A DNA stretch of 64,000 nt, from the NCBI RefSeq assembly GCF_964355755.1, contig NC_092677.1, forward strand, positions 10,996,101 to 11,060,100, in the 5' to 3' direction. Source of the stretch: Antedon mediterranea (lineage: Eukaryota > Animalia > Echinodermata). Shown in pieces: positions 10,186 to 25,100 of this stretch; position 1 is the stretch's first letter, and each line of letters starts with the position of its first letter. Below the pieces are notes generated by a model, which saw only the letters and a program-made list of their open reading frames with translations, was not told where the DNA came from and did not search any database. The translations under genes were made by a program, and so were the position numbers.

Positions 10186-13100
10186 CTATAACTCATCTCG
10201 GTTCTGAAAGAACAAAAAAAAGTAAAATCAATTGTGAATATGCAAATTAATTTTGGGATAAATGCAACTGATCGCAATTGAATGCAACTGATCGCAATTG
10301 AATGCAACTGATCGCAATTGAATGCAACTGATCGCAATTGAATGCAACTGATCGCAATTGAATGCAACTGATCGCAATTGAATGCAACTGATCGCAATTG
10401 AATGCAACTGATCGCAATTGAATGCAACTGATCGCAATTGAATGCAACTGATCGCAATTGAATGCAACTGATCGCAATTGAATGCAACTGATCGCAATTG
10501 AATGCAACTGATCGCAATTGAATGCAACTGATCGCAATTGAATGCAACTGATCGCAATTGAATGCAACTGATCGCAATTGAATGCAACTGATCGCAATTG
10601 AATGCAACTGATCGCAATTGAATGCAACTGATCGCAATTGAATGCAACTGATCGCAATTGAATGCAACTGATCGCAATTGAATGCAACTGATCGCAATTA
10701 AATGCAACTGATCGCAATTTAATGCAACTGATCGCAATTGAATGCAACTGATCGCAATTGAATGCAACTGATCGCAATTGAATGCAAATGATCGCAATTG
10801 AATGCAACTGATCGCAATTGAATGCAACTGATCACAATAGAACATATGTACAGTTGAGTTGAATTTTCTAATGAAACAACACAAAATATGGATAATTTAT
10901 TTATTTATTTAAAAACAATTTATTTATTCACTTAGATGTACATTAGAGAAGAATAGACCAACAACTCTAAAACGGTCAAGTCTTAATTTAACAGTGGCTG
11001 TGTGTGTGGACTAGTACACCGGGATAAGGCCCTACTCGTCTCGAAAGATGTTCTTTAAAAGGCACATGATCAGCTAGATATATACACTGGACCTATGGTT
11101 TATAGTCCTTATCCAAGAAGACTCGTTCTACCACCAGAACTAGGAGCTAGTAAGCCTTGACCCCTTGCCAATGTTATGTTATGTAATTAACCGCTTGGCC
11201 ACTCACGCTCCCAAATAAGCTTAGAGAGTGTGCTTATATCTGGGGTGTCTACTCATACTCTGCTCCAAAAGGGTGGATTCAGTGTAGTAATAATGTAATA
11301 TGGATTTTTGGAATATTGCTTTTTATCATTGTGCACATGCGGGAAAGTCTCCCTTTCTTGACACAGTTGGCGAATTCTATAAAGATCGAGACACACCAAT
11401 GTGTAGGTTGTCGGACGAAAATGAAAACTCCCTATTGCTGCCACAAAGCTTGGTTCCCACTAGGATGCAACGCAAGGATGTAAGTTGTGACCAATCAAAA
11501 GTGATGAATTATTCAAACTGTCATTTGTCAACTCACTTGCATCCTTTCGCTGCGTCCGAATGGGTACAGAGCTTTAGAAACATTTTATTTTCTGGTCTAA
11601 CTAAATTTGAATAGCTTACCGACATCTTCCTGTCACACTGACACTTGCTCTCATCTGGCTGTAAAACTTCTTCCATACCTTCATGGATCCTTGGGTTAGA
11701 TTTAAATCTTTTAGAATATTCCTAATAAGTTTAAATGAAAAAGCAAATCAAATCATATTGATATTGAATCATATTTTATTATTTGTTTTTTATACTGATT
11801 TTGGTTATCATCATTGCATTGATACAAAGTCAGGTTGATTTTTTTGCTATGCAAATTTGATAAATATGACCACTGATGACAACTGAAGCTCTGTTTACAC
11901 AAGCAAACTTTATGTGACAAAAAATGTGATGTGCTCATGGACATGATAATGTCATATCACTACCATATTTGGCCACATCAACAACATATTTGGGCACATC
12001 ACACTTTTTTTTTGTTAAACTTAGTTTGATAGTGTAGACAGAGCTTTATAACACATATTTAAGTCTCATCATGTGAATTAGAGAGCGCCATTGTTGTGTT
12101 TAAAAAAATCCTCATACTTTGACAGAGCTTGGACTTAAACTTAGGACTCTCAAAATGGAAGGCAAGCATGTTAACCACCCAGTCACAGTGGCTTTTAGTA
12201 CGCTAATATTAGGGACGTTTAGATTCCACATCATGACGAGGACATACAGGTTGACAAACCAAAGCCAAACCTTATAGCTCTGTCTACACTATCAATTTAG
12301 TGACAAAAAAGTGTGATGTGACCAAATATAGTAGTGCTATGACATTATCATGTCCATATAAGGACACATCACATTGTCAAACTGGTTTGATAGTGTTACA
12401 GAAGTTTTTGTATTCAGTATTTTTAATATGGGCTTTACTTGAAACGACAGTTTTTTTATCTGGATAGATTACTGAACTTAACATTTTTTCCCCAAAAACA
12501 TTCAGTTTATTTACAAAAAGGAAAAGATTTTATGAGACACTTTGGGAAAATAATTTATAATTCAAAATGTGAAAACCCTCCAAAAATGTAACTTACCGTA
12601 AGAGCTTGGTAGTAATAACAATATATTTGATTTGATAACAAGTTCTTTTTCACATAAGCCTGTGCATTTTGACCAATTTGTTCTGCCTAAAAATAAAATT
12701 GTAAAATAACTAATTATTAATGGTTCAACATAAGCTGAAAGTTTACCAGTTCAAAATATAAAAAAATACATGGTATGTCTGGTACAATGTTTGTTGTGTT
12801 AATATTATTCAGAACTCTCAAGGTAATGGTGAAATTTTGTCACGTTTCTATTGAGAAATACAATAAAAAACAAAATATCTGTATGTGCATAAATGCACAA
12901 CTAGGCATTACTAGGCTCCTCTAGTCTTGGTTATGATAAGGCAAACAAGGCCATATACATGGCTGCAGTCGCGTGCTCAAGTTAGTATTTACCGACCAAC
13001 CAACTGACCGATCGACCAACCAACTGACTGACCGACCAACCGACAGACATAGTGAGCTGTAGAGTAGCATTGCACGCGACTAAAAATATACCATGACAGA

Positions 13101-16100
13101 TTTTATTGTGAATAGTGGTCTCTATGGTTTGACTACACTTAATATCAAATCTTCACATACAGTATTTAATTTGTCCAAGATTTTGATTATATATTTTTTA
13201 TTAAACCAACAATTTGATTGACAGCTTTTATATAGCGTGTTACATCTACTCATGCATAGCATGAGCCAGGTTAAATCAAGGTAATAATATTAATTGAAGG
13301 TAAGCTTTTTTCTATTAGTATTATAGAATTTAATTTTATTATTGACGAAACATAAATCAAAACTTATTGAACAAACAATATCAAAGAAATCTTTTGAATG
13401 CATTTGTAATACTTTTTGTATTCTTTCTTTTGATGAAATAAAATGGGTCAACTCGCAGCATGGGATCCATCTAGGTCAAATTTCATAGTTCATTGAATAC
13501 ATTATATTATAATCTTTAAAAAAAGTCGGACTACTACACTGTATCATTTTGGCTTGCGTTCTATTCTTTGATGTCATCACAGTATAAACAGGGATACGCC
13601 TTTTGAGCAAACTTCCGGCTATTGTCAAACAACAATGGTATACAATTGTGTTTGACTTTCCAATAGACATACACAATAAGAATAAGTTCCAATTTCAAAT
13701 TGTTCGGTTTATTTTATGCCACTGTCTACAGTTTCTGTTTACTTTCAATCTTGCTGAAAAGTAATTTGATTACTAGTATATTTAAAAGTTTTTTGTTCAT
13801 TCACAACGTAGCAATGAGATAAGAAATTAAACTAGTTATTGTATAAATGCAGGCATACTCTATATTATTCACATTGTGTTTGTTTGTTTGTTTTGGTTAT
13901 ATGCAGTTAAAATATCAAAACATAATTATAGATCTTCATCTATGGCTATGGACATTATCCAAAAATAAGTTGATAGCACTGTAACATGATTCTGGTAGGT
14001 AGCCTAACTAGTGTAGACCTCAAGTGTTTTGTGATACCGGAGAGTTTCTCAAAAAGTCATCTCCCGTTTTCCACGAAAGGTGCAATTTCTTCCGATTGTT
14101 TAGAGACAGGTTTATATTCGAGTTATTAAAATATTTTCATTGTACATTTGATTTTTATTGTAATCTGATTGGGCTTTAGCTTTTTCTCATTCCTGGTTCT
14201 AAATAAATGTTATTATTATTGTTGTTTGAAAAAACAATAGGCTATCGACACAAAACAGTAAATGTAAGTGGATGGAGTCCAGTTCAGTTGTGGCCCCCCT
14301 GCTTATAAGTACTTTAGATTAGAACCACTATTAAGAGGACACCTTTGTGTATCTTCTTAATACTGTCCTCTGAATAAGGATTGACCGTAATTTAAAAAAG
14401 AAGTCCTCTCTTGGGACACTCCTATTCAGGGGGAATTCCAATTAAGGGGATACTGTCTGATGAAACGAAAAATATATGTTTTAACACTAAAACCAACCCC
14501 TATTCAGGAAAACTTTGTTCTATGTTTCCTTACCTCTTCATCGTGTTCTTGTGCCCACTTTATCTTGTCTAATAAATCTGACAGATTTTGATTAAAAGGG
14601 ATGTAGTGGACCCAAGGCTGTAACTCATCGTAGAAGTGTTCGTAATAAATTGAATCGTGCTTCAACACAACGCTGTTTCCACAGAGTAGATATGGTAGTC
14701 TGTAGGCTGCAACTGTACCATCGATGTTTACTTGATATTTGTACTAAAAAAGACAATAGAAATTTAAAAAAAAATCTATTTTAGAGTTAAGCTTGGTTCC
14801 CACTAGCGAAATGCAACGTAAGAAAATTCCATTCTAAATAATTGTGTTTGCCCCGCCTGCGTGAAATCTGCGATGTTTGAAGCACTGTTGAGTCATCTGT
14901 TCCCACTTGTGATCATAGTGAGAACCACGATTCAGATTAACTGGAAATAATTTGCTATTGAATCAACTGGTATGTAAACTACAGAATTTATAAAATACAG
15001 TAACATTTCCACTGCTATGTCGTCAGTAATAGCATTTAAGGAAAAAAAAAGATTTATAGAATCTATATGTTTAGGTATACGTTGGGTGAATTTCTTCTTT
15101 CTTCTTCTCTATCTAAATCATTAAATTCTATTCTACTCTGAATCATTTTACATTGTCATAGCTGGGTAGTTTAGAATTTCCATTCTTTCTATTAATATCT
15201 ATATATACATTGTAAAACATTAAAAACTATGTGTGTGGCATTTGAAAAAAGTCTATATTTAGATTTATTGACTACTAAACAAACATATCCTTGACGGAAG
15301 TACTAGCAAGATGGTCACATACAGATAGTTGAAAGGAACTGATAAATAAGCTACTTCCACCATGCAACAAGAACATTCAACTGCCATCCATGTTGCCAAA
15401 TTGAAAAAGGAATAACTTATTCAAACACAACTAACCAGTGATGACATTACATGACTTTACAGAAAAACCCCTATTAACCTTTGTGCCCCATTACCATTTT
15501 TCCTCAATATGAGTGCCCCTCAATAGCAACTTTTGACTTTTATTAAAATTTGTATTTACTAACGCCTGTGGGTTCGTGTGTAGCAGGCATTGGAATATCT
15601 GGACTTGGCAAACAGTTAAATTCAAGCAAATGCAACATAATGCAGTATTTAAACACTTTCAAATGACTTTAAGGGTAATCAGTCAATTTAACAAAGGTGT
15701 ATTTTGCTTTCAATTTTCAAATAAATTCTCTTCTTGACATATAACTCAGATAGAGCCAAGGGTTGCATGTCTTGGTAGTACAGTAGTAGCAAAATGTTTC
15801 GTCTGCAAAAAGATTTATAGCTAATTCTCTAAATTTCTATCAGGCTTACTAAACACCAATACAAAGGCCACACAATGAATAATTACCAATACCACACACA
15901 CATCTACGTTGAGGGTGGTGTTTAGTTCATGAGACTGAGGGGAGGATTTAGAGGGTTAGGAGTGAGGTTGATTATTTAGGAGTTATGTTGATAGGAGTAC
16001 TGTAAAAAAGATGTGGTACAGTCAGGAGTGCATCCAGGATTTATTATACAGGGAAGCGCTAACATAATATTACTGTAATAGTCTTATAGATATCTGCTAG

Positions 16101-19100
16101 CCTCACCCCGGGATCTGCCTCTGACTTTCAATGAGGCTTTTTTTAGAAAATTAAACAACTGTCTGACTTTGAATGAGGTTTTTAAAAACATTAAACAACT
16201 GTCTTCGTCTTAAAATCAACTAAAAATTAGCATGTAAAATCCTTTTCAAATGTTTTAAATACTGTACAGTATTTTTATAAATTGCTGATGATTTTGCAGC
16301 CCTTGAGTTTTCAGGGTTTTGTTTTGTAAACAAATGCTTCAACTATTTCTCACTGTAATTAAGCTACTCAAGTATTTTCAAGAAGGGCAAATTAAAAATT
16401 ATGCCATATATACAGTGACTACTTTTCATGAAATAACCAATTTATAGGCTTTTACTCAAGATGGTACTTGTGACTGAATTAAGCTGCTTAGTGAATTCAA
16501 GCAAGTTCTTGACACAAAGTTCATTTTCCACTTTCACAGGTATTATTATTATTAAGCAAAGTTGCTTGAGGGTTAAAAGCCGTCATCTGAGACTTCAACC
16601 ATCAATTGTTCGATGTTTTTCTGTTATTGATTCATCAATCATGTAGATTTTAAACTACAATAGGACATATTTTGAATTTTTTGGGGGGCCACTTCCAAGA
16701 TCCATCAAAGTGTCCGATTAATAAAGGTGTCCCAAAGGAGGTGTTAATTCTCTATATTTACTTGTTCTTAAAAATGCGGGAGTTGAGGTAAAGCATTATC
16801 TTGAATATGACCATTATTCCCTCCCCAACCCTTCTTTATTATATTCATTGTATGTCTTCAGGCACATGTGGCCAAGGATTACCAACAGTAAATTAATCAC
16901 TGTCCTATCAGATAGGTGATAATCCTTCTGATACAGGGGCTATTTTGTTGGCCAGTTCACCGGGCTAACCCCTACTTAAATGATATGATGAACTTCGCTT
17001 GTGCACACGGATTATTACTGTGTACACTGGACCTACCTTTTATAGTCCATAGAAGACTTGTTCCACCACCAGAACTAGGAGCATTCAATATTTTTCGCTT
17101 TCCACAATTTATTTTAAATCCCTGCAATGTTTAGTGTAAACTGAAAGTGACCTGGATTTAAAAAAAGATTTTATATACACTGTAGGCCTACTATGAATAG
17201 GCCTATATACTGTAGGAAATCAATTAGGTTGGAATCGCTCACAGGGAGGAAGTTCTCCTCTAGGAATAAGGAAATCAAAAAGTTCCTGCAAACTTTATTA
17301 ATACATTAAATCATATCCTGAAAGGTACTAGTAGGCCTACAAAATAAACATCCTTAATAAACTCTAATGAGTTGAAGTCAGCAGAATTCAGAGAAATTAC
17401 TCTTTTTGGTGAGAATTTGTTTTAAAAAAAATGTCTGCCCAGGTCTATTTTACCATGTCACTACCATATTTGGGCACATCACACTTTTTCCTTTTTTTTT
17501 TGTCAAACAAGTTTGATAGTGTGGACAGAGCTTTACTGCTCCAACTATATCTAGATAAGTTTTGTTTTGAGTGCATCCCTATTTAAAATCATCTCTTTTA
17601 TTTTAACAAGTAATACCCAACTATGTAAAGACTTTTTAAAATAATTATAATATAATAACAACCAGAGAACAATGCTTAATTTTAATTTTTAAACACAGAA
17701 GCCTCCTCATTTTGCCACCCACTCTTTTCCTTTATGTGGTTTAATCTTTGTTTATTATTGGTGCAGAACGCTTTCAAAGTCTTTGAAGATTGGCCACAAT
17801 TAAATGAATATTGCGTGCATTATAGGTATTACCACGGTTTAATGCACATCGTGCTACCACACCTACTGTACAAACAAACATATGTTTTGATAATTCAATT
17901 AGTAGGTTTTGCTGTGTAACTTCACATCAAATATCATATCATAACAAATAATAGCATACTATGTTGGGAAGGGGATAGGGGTAGGTTTTTTAATTCTATG
18001 ACACAATTCTAGCACAACACTATCCTATTATGTATTCTAGACACACATTACAAACATGTTTTGTATGTGATGTAATATTGATGTCATGAGTGACATTGTC
18101 GTTCACAATGCATCTAGGAAACTATGGTTGGTCGATTTATTTAACAATCGCATTATTTATGTGCACGTGTGGATGAATAATAAATACTATTAATAAAAAT
18201 AATTCAAAGTTACAAATATGAATGCGAGGTAGAATCCACAATGACTTGGATAGTATTCCCATAATAAAATTATTGTGGGTGTTTTTTTCCCAGCAGTGTT
18301 TTTTTTTCTTCTTCATACGCATCCAACATACGCATCCAATTGCGGGATGGATACATTTTTTTAGAATTTATCATGCTTATAAATTAAGACTCACTTAAGG
18401 CCTAGGGAGTACAGTTGAATGTGAGTCGTGAGTTATAACCCTGGCACTAGGTCAGGATTGAACCCTAGCACTAGGTCAGAATTGAACCCTGGACCTTAGG
18501 ATTGGAAGGTAAGCACATTAATCACCAAGCCAGAGCTCCGTTACAAAAATTCAGATTTTATTACATATGGGTTGGTTACTCATGACAAAGACTAGATCTC
18601 TTTCAGCTCTCTTGAGCCGATCGCGTGAACACGATATAAACCTGTACTTACCTTGAAAAAATCGAAGAAGGAGACATGTTTATGTTTGGGCCCATACAGC
18701 TCCTCTTTATACTCGAAGAAGAAGAAGTTTGTTAAACCTGCATCTATCAAGTCTGTGTGGTTCCTGGCTAACTTCACAAGCTCCAGACGTTCTTTGCGAC
18801 TATCACGTCCACGCCAGAAGCCTTTGCCAACTTTTTCTTCCCATTTTGGTTGCGTGTTAGCTTGGACAGACAACAAATCTAAAGAAACTCTACAAAAAAA
18901 CAAACCAAATGTTTGAGACTAAAGCTCTGTCTACACTATCAAACTAGTTTGACAAAAAAAGTTTGATGTGCCCAAATATGATATTTAAAAATAGTGTAGT
19001 GATATGACATCATCATGTCCATGGGCTCGTCTTATTTTTTGTTCACATAATATTTGATAGTGTAGACAGAGCTTAAAGTAAGACCATGTTTTTATGCCAA

Positions 19101-22100
19101 AAGAAATCATATTTATATTTATGATATGACAGTATCAACTTTCAAATCACAAATATCAAAACTTAAATTTTAATTCAAAACTAAATCTAATTAATGCTCA
19201 ATGATTAAAACTTCTTTTATCTTGTTTAAAAATCTCAATTATTTCTGTTTTTATATCTTTAAATGTGCTTACTTTAAATGTGCTTACTTTAATTGTGTTA
19301 ATTTGATTTTGACAATTTTAGGTTTAATTTCATATTTTCTTTGTCCATTTTATATACTATATTTTGTTTTACATTTATGTAGTTAAGAACTGAACCACTT
19401 TGGAAATCAGTACATTGTATTGAAAGTGTATTTCAGAATAAAGAAAGATTAAATAAATAAATTATGCCATAAGGTGCAACATACCTTCCCATTGTTTCTA
19501 GAGTTGATTCTGTGACATCGTATGTCGGAAGTACTATGTCGTAAGTTTCATTTGACCCGCACCATGAGAAGATCGGCAATACATTCTTTTTATTTGTCTT
19601 TTTTACTAAAGGCCAGTCACCTAGGTTTATGAAAAACTCCATATCGGGTAATCTAACCTGTTTTAAAAAAACATAAAATATTAGAAAGTTAAAAATTGCG
19701 CGATAAGTATATGTTTTCATTCTATTATGAAAGTTGATCCAAGCTGCACAAAATTCTATCAAAAGCTGCCGTATAATATAACCATCAAATAGAACGTATA
19801 CGATGCAATAGAACTATTACTGAACACATATGAAATTAACCAATCAAATTTCAAATTTGGTTTAGGAAGATGTGAAATAAATCTCCCAGGTGTGTTATAA
19901 TTGACCCATTTTTAGTAAATGAAAGGCTGCTGTGTAATAGAACCAGTAAATAGAACGTATACCGTGCAATAGAACTATTACTGAACACATGATATGAAAT
20001 TAACCAATCAAATGGTCAAAATCGGTTTAGGTAGGTGTGAAATAAATCTCCCAGGTGTGTTATAATTGACCCATTTTTAATGAATGAAAGGCTGCTGTGT
20101 AATAGAACCATTAAATAGAACGTATACCATGCAATAGAACTATTACTGAACACATGATATGAAATTAACCAATCAAATGGTCAAAATCGGTTTAGGGAGG
20201 TGTGAAATAAATCTCCCAGGTGTGTTATAATTGACCCATGTTTAGTGAATGAAAGGCTGCTGTGTAATAGAACCATTAAATAGAACATATACCGTGCAAT
20301 AGAACTATTACTGAACACATGATATGAAATTAACCAATCAAATGGCAAAGACATTCGGTTCAAGGAGGTGTGAAATAAATCTCCCAGGTGTGTTATAATT
20401 GACCCATTTTTTAGTGAATGAAAGGTTTACTACTAACTTCTTGCGGTAGTAAACATTTCATAACAAAAACAGTTTTTAATCTTTTAACACTTAAATCAAA
20501 TCCTTTCTTTGCTAGACATTAAAAAATCAATAGGTAAATACTATAAACAACTTATTTCACTTTGTATAATACACTTTAAATCTCTTACGGCTGATTGAAC
20601 ACAAAATGTACATTAACGGATTACACAGTTTTAAAGCCTTTTGTTTCACACTCAAATAAAACGCAAACACTGTGGGTAGTTACGATGCACCGGATATGTC
20701 TATACCATTTTATAAAACGTTTATTATACACCACGACAAATTTTGGGAAAAACTGATGTCTATGTTGTTCATGGTATATTGTAGTGGTGTGACCGTCTGA
20801 TTAAGGTGACACTTTTGGTACTAAACAAAGTGTGCTTACTATGGGGTATCCCCTGAATAGAAGGGAGGGGATTGTCCCCTGAAAAGGGGGTGGGGATGTC
20901 TCCTCAATCGGCGAAATGCCTGAATAGGAGGAGTCCCTTGAATATCTGCATAGTGTCGAAAAATATCCTCATCCGTTTAATAATAGCAAAGGAAGTATCC
21001 CCCGAATACTGGTACTGGTTCAAATAACCGTCTCACAGAGACATTGGTAGCCATTGACTTAAAGTTGGCATTTGGATGTGTTACTTTAAATGTACAGTAT
21101 GAGAGTGACTACTACCAAATTGCACAGTCACAAAACAACTAGGGGTGTCCGAAAGTTCTAAAGCACTTGAAAGTGAAATGTATTTGTAAACTTTGCAACA
21201 ACATAGACTTTACAATTAAGAAAAAAAGGGTATATTTTATTATTTTATATTATTGCAGCACCCCCTTCATTACTTATTATATCCATACACAATAATGTTT
21301 ATTTTTACTAGTTTAAATAAATTTAGTGACCCAGTTTCTGTAATTGTACTTTGACATTTCATGATCAGAAAAAGGACAAATTTCATTTGCAAGAGTTACT
21401 TGGTTATTTTGATTGACCACTTGACTATCAGTCACTACTATTGCAGCTTCAACGTTTGACCGTGCATTGTGTTTTGGGTAATGTTAACCGTTATAAAAAA
21501 TATTGAAACAATATTTTGGGAGTACAAATTTAGCAGATAAATGGTTATTTGATGTTGTGCAGCAGAAATAGGCTACCAACATTTTCTGTTATTATGATTA
21601 AATCAATTGCACTAATTTTTTTCCATATTGAAATTTATGCGATGGTATACAAATAATGAATATTTATGAGTGCAATGGTACAAATAATATCAAGAGGTGA
21701 AAGAAGAAAGGTTATATTTTCACCGAAAAATATAAGTCAATATCTAAATGATATAACCATTGAACATGTCTGAGCTTTACAAATTCTTGGTAGTTTGTGT
21801 ATGTCTAATTTAAACAGCTGTAGTACATGTTGTCTGTTACTGATCCCAATGGGATTAAGATGGACTTAAGGGGATATTCTTAGCTGATTCATCATGTGAA
21901 TCTGCTGGAAGTTGCCTTTAATCTCAAAGACAGTTTGAAAGTAAACTTAAACAATGAACAAATTCAGTAAATGTTTTAGTTTTGAAACTGTTTTAGTATT
22001 TACAAACCATTTCACCAATTTTTTAATTCAATACGGTACATTTTTTACACTGTTCAATACATAAATACTTAATTAATAATCATATGTCATATGTACTCAT

Positions 22101-25100
22101 TTATGACCATCATTTTGTTAAATGTTTTTGGTCATAGACAATAATACATTTACTGTGCTAAATCTAGATGCCGGCATTATAAGCAGTCTACCTAGGTTAT
22201 GTTAGGGTAATCTGGCTAACCAGTTTATACTAGGAAAAATATGGCAATTTAGATTTTAAAAAATCCATTATTCCTATTGTATATTCACAAAACTACATAC
22301 TCATAAGGTTACCTACCTAAAGGATAAATAGATAAACTTGTATGTAACAATGTGCATTGAGAACACTATTTTAAGATGGAAACACTAGATTTAAAGTAAT
22401 GTATTGTATAATTTTGAATGCAAAATATAAATTGAAATATGATATTGTTTCTATTATTAATACTTTTGTGTGAAAGTCATATTATTTAGGTGAAAAAATG
22501 GGATAAAATTGAGTATAAGAATAGATAGTATACTGTACTGTATCCGAGTACATTGAAGGTGGTCTGGGAGTGAAATTTGGCAACAATTACTGTAGGGTGT
22601 GGAAATAGTATAATGCCACTCTGTAATTTACAGTAGGCTAAATATGATACAATTAATGATAAATTCTACACAATCTAAGGTCGTGTTCGTACGGTGGTTA
22701 AAATAAGCGCTTAATTTCACCCATGCCTCGGGTTATAAATTGAGCGTTGTTCGTACTTGAAATATTTAACCGCTTAAATGCTTAATCGACGAATCACAAA
22801 CCGGAAATTACGTTTTAAGGTCAGTTGTCTTTACAACCTACGACCCCATTTTCGCACGCTAGTTTCGTGTTGTATATTTTTTACTTGCGATCTTTCTTTA
22901 CAATAACAATTACTTGCTACCTTTTACACTGCTTATCCTTGCGACAAACCTTATGCCTCTTAACGCCGATAATCCTGCCGAAATATGCCTTCTCCTGACG
23001 ACCATTATTTTACTCATTGACGAAGAATTTGAGCCCAATGTTACACGACGGAAACACCACCGACCAGCTAGGCCTACTACTAAACGGGGTGTATTCCTAA
23101 ACGGTCTACACCAACAAGGACAGCACCAGCTGACGATCGCTCTCGAAGCGTGTATGGAAGAGCTTCGTAGGAGAAATGACGGGCCTAGGCAGCGAACGTT
23201 TGTCAAAATTTGACACATTGCCTCTATCGGAGATTTATTATCCTCGAAGGCCGAGTATAATTGGATTATCGCTGAAATAACCTGCAAATTTGGTGAACAT
23301 TTTACCTCGAATTTTTTGTAGCCTGAGGCAAAAGTTAATTGGGCCACGCGAACGGAAATCGGGAATAAGCTGGTATTTTCAACCCCTACGAACAGGCCCT
23401 AAGTATAATAATCCCTGGTAAGCATGAGATAATCTTGGATTATACTCAGCCGCTACTGTACTAAGTAGTTACTAGAATGTAAAGTAGTCTACACTACCAA
23501 ACTTTTATGTGACAAATAAATGCGACGTGCCCATATATGGGCAAGATGATGTCATATCACTACCATATTTGGGCATATTACTACCATATTTGGGCATATT
23601 ACTACCATATTTGGGCACATCACACTTTTTTTTGTCGTCAAACAAGTTTGATAGTGTAGACTGAGCTTTAGTCTAGGTTGGGAATCTTGACCAATTGCAA
23701 ATTGCATCCAAATGTAAATTACTAAGAAAATATCATTTGTTTAAATACAATTTTATATCTGAATGCACATTAATACATTCCTACTGTGATTGCAATTCTG
23801 AAGGTGCTTGAAATGAATTCTAGAAAGCGTTGGAGAGATAAACTCCAACAATACTGAATCAGTAACAATTGGTATAGCAAGGCAAAAAGACAGATGGTTT
23901 TAGAGACTGGATGCTGAGACCTTCATCCAGCAGTGGATTTATAATGGCTGATGATGAAATGAATCCTAGGCTCTCAATAATACAATTCTTCTTTAATTGT
24001 GTATTGTGTATCACTACTTTCTTTTATCTCATAGTAATAGTATATCATTTATTCAACATATCATTTTTAATACAGTAAAAACTATACAGAGAAAAACAAA
24101 TCAATTTGTTACCTTTCGAGTCAAAGAAAGTAAGAAGGCATCTGAAAACATCTTAAAGCCAGTGTGAAGTCCATGTGTTTTCCTATAAATCTATAAAACA
24201 TATTTTCAAATTTCACTAACTGATTTGATCTGACAAAAAATGTCCATATATGGATATGATGATGTCATATCACTACCATATTTGGGCATATCACTACCAT
24301 ATTTGGGCATATCACTACCATATTTGGGCACATGACACTTTTTTTTGTCAAACTAGTTTGATAGTGTAGACAGGGATTACCGAGTAGGCACTGAGGGGGC
24401 TGGGGCGGTGCACCACTTATAATTCAAAACCTGTACAAAATTGGCAAATTTGGCATACAGTACAGAAATACCAGGGAATTTCTCTCTTCTCTCAAAGTAA
24501 AAACCAATATTCATTATGAATATTCATATTTAAACTCAGTGATAAAATATGGTAAAGTAATAGTAATAATTATAGAAATCTTACTTTATTATTAATAATT
24601 GTATAATGTGATAAACTATGGTGAGCTGAATATTTTGCGATGACTTTTTCTGCTAAGTTGTCAAGATTTACAGAAGGAAAGTTGAGCAAGTCTTTCTCAA
24701 TTTGCGGATGCAAATCTTGGCGGCATTGCATGCTATCCAACCAATCATCAACATGACCATTAGGACAGTAACATTTCTCATCATATACAGGACCTAGATA
24801 AACAATCAAAAATATTGAAAAACAATAATTGACATACAGTAGAACTCCTTCTTTAGGACACCTCTATTCAGGAGACATCCCTATTAAATAGAGAAACTTT
24901 CCCATTATTCAAATGACTAGTATCCTATACATTATAAACATTTCAAATTAAAATTATCTTCTATCATAAAGAACACTAATTGTTGAATTACAGAGCTTAA
25001 TGTTTACTGTATATAATGGATGTTTTTTTATTCATATTTTCATGCTATTTTAAAAGTTTAAAAAAAAATACTAATGCAATCAACACAGTACAGTATTTAC

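Noticed and set aside
10261-10838. CRISPR-like array (also 49645-50122 and 29126-29529)
   Set aside because: Units are directly adjacent with no unique spacers, there are no cas genes, and the context is eukaryotic.
10071-10884. Three overlapping 186-218 aa Cys-rich ORFs
   Set aside because: They are translations of a stop-free 20-bp minisatellite in an intron.
23905-23965. Hammerhead ribozyme (CTGATGA...GAAA with a nearby hairpin)
   Set aside because: No stem II between CTGATGA and GAAA; better explained as an RTE-like tail.
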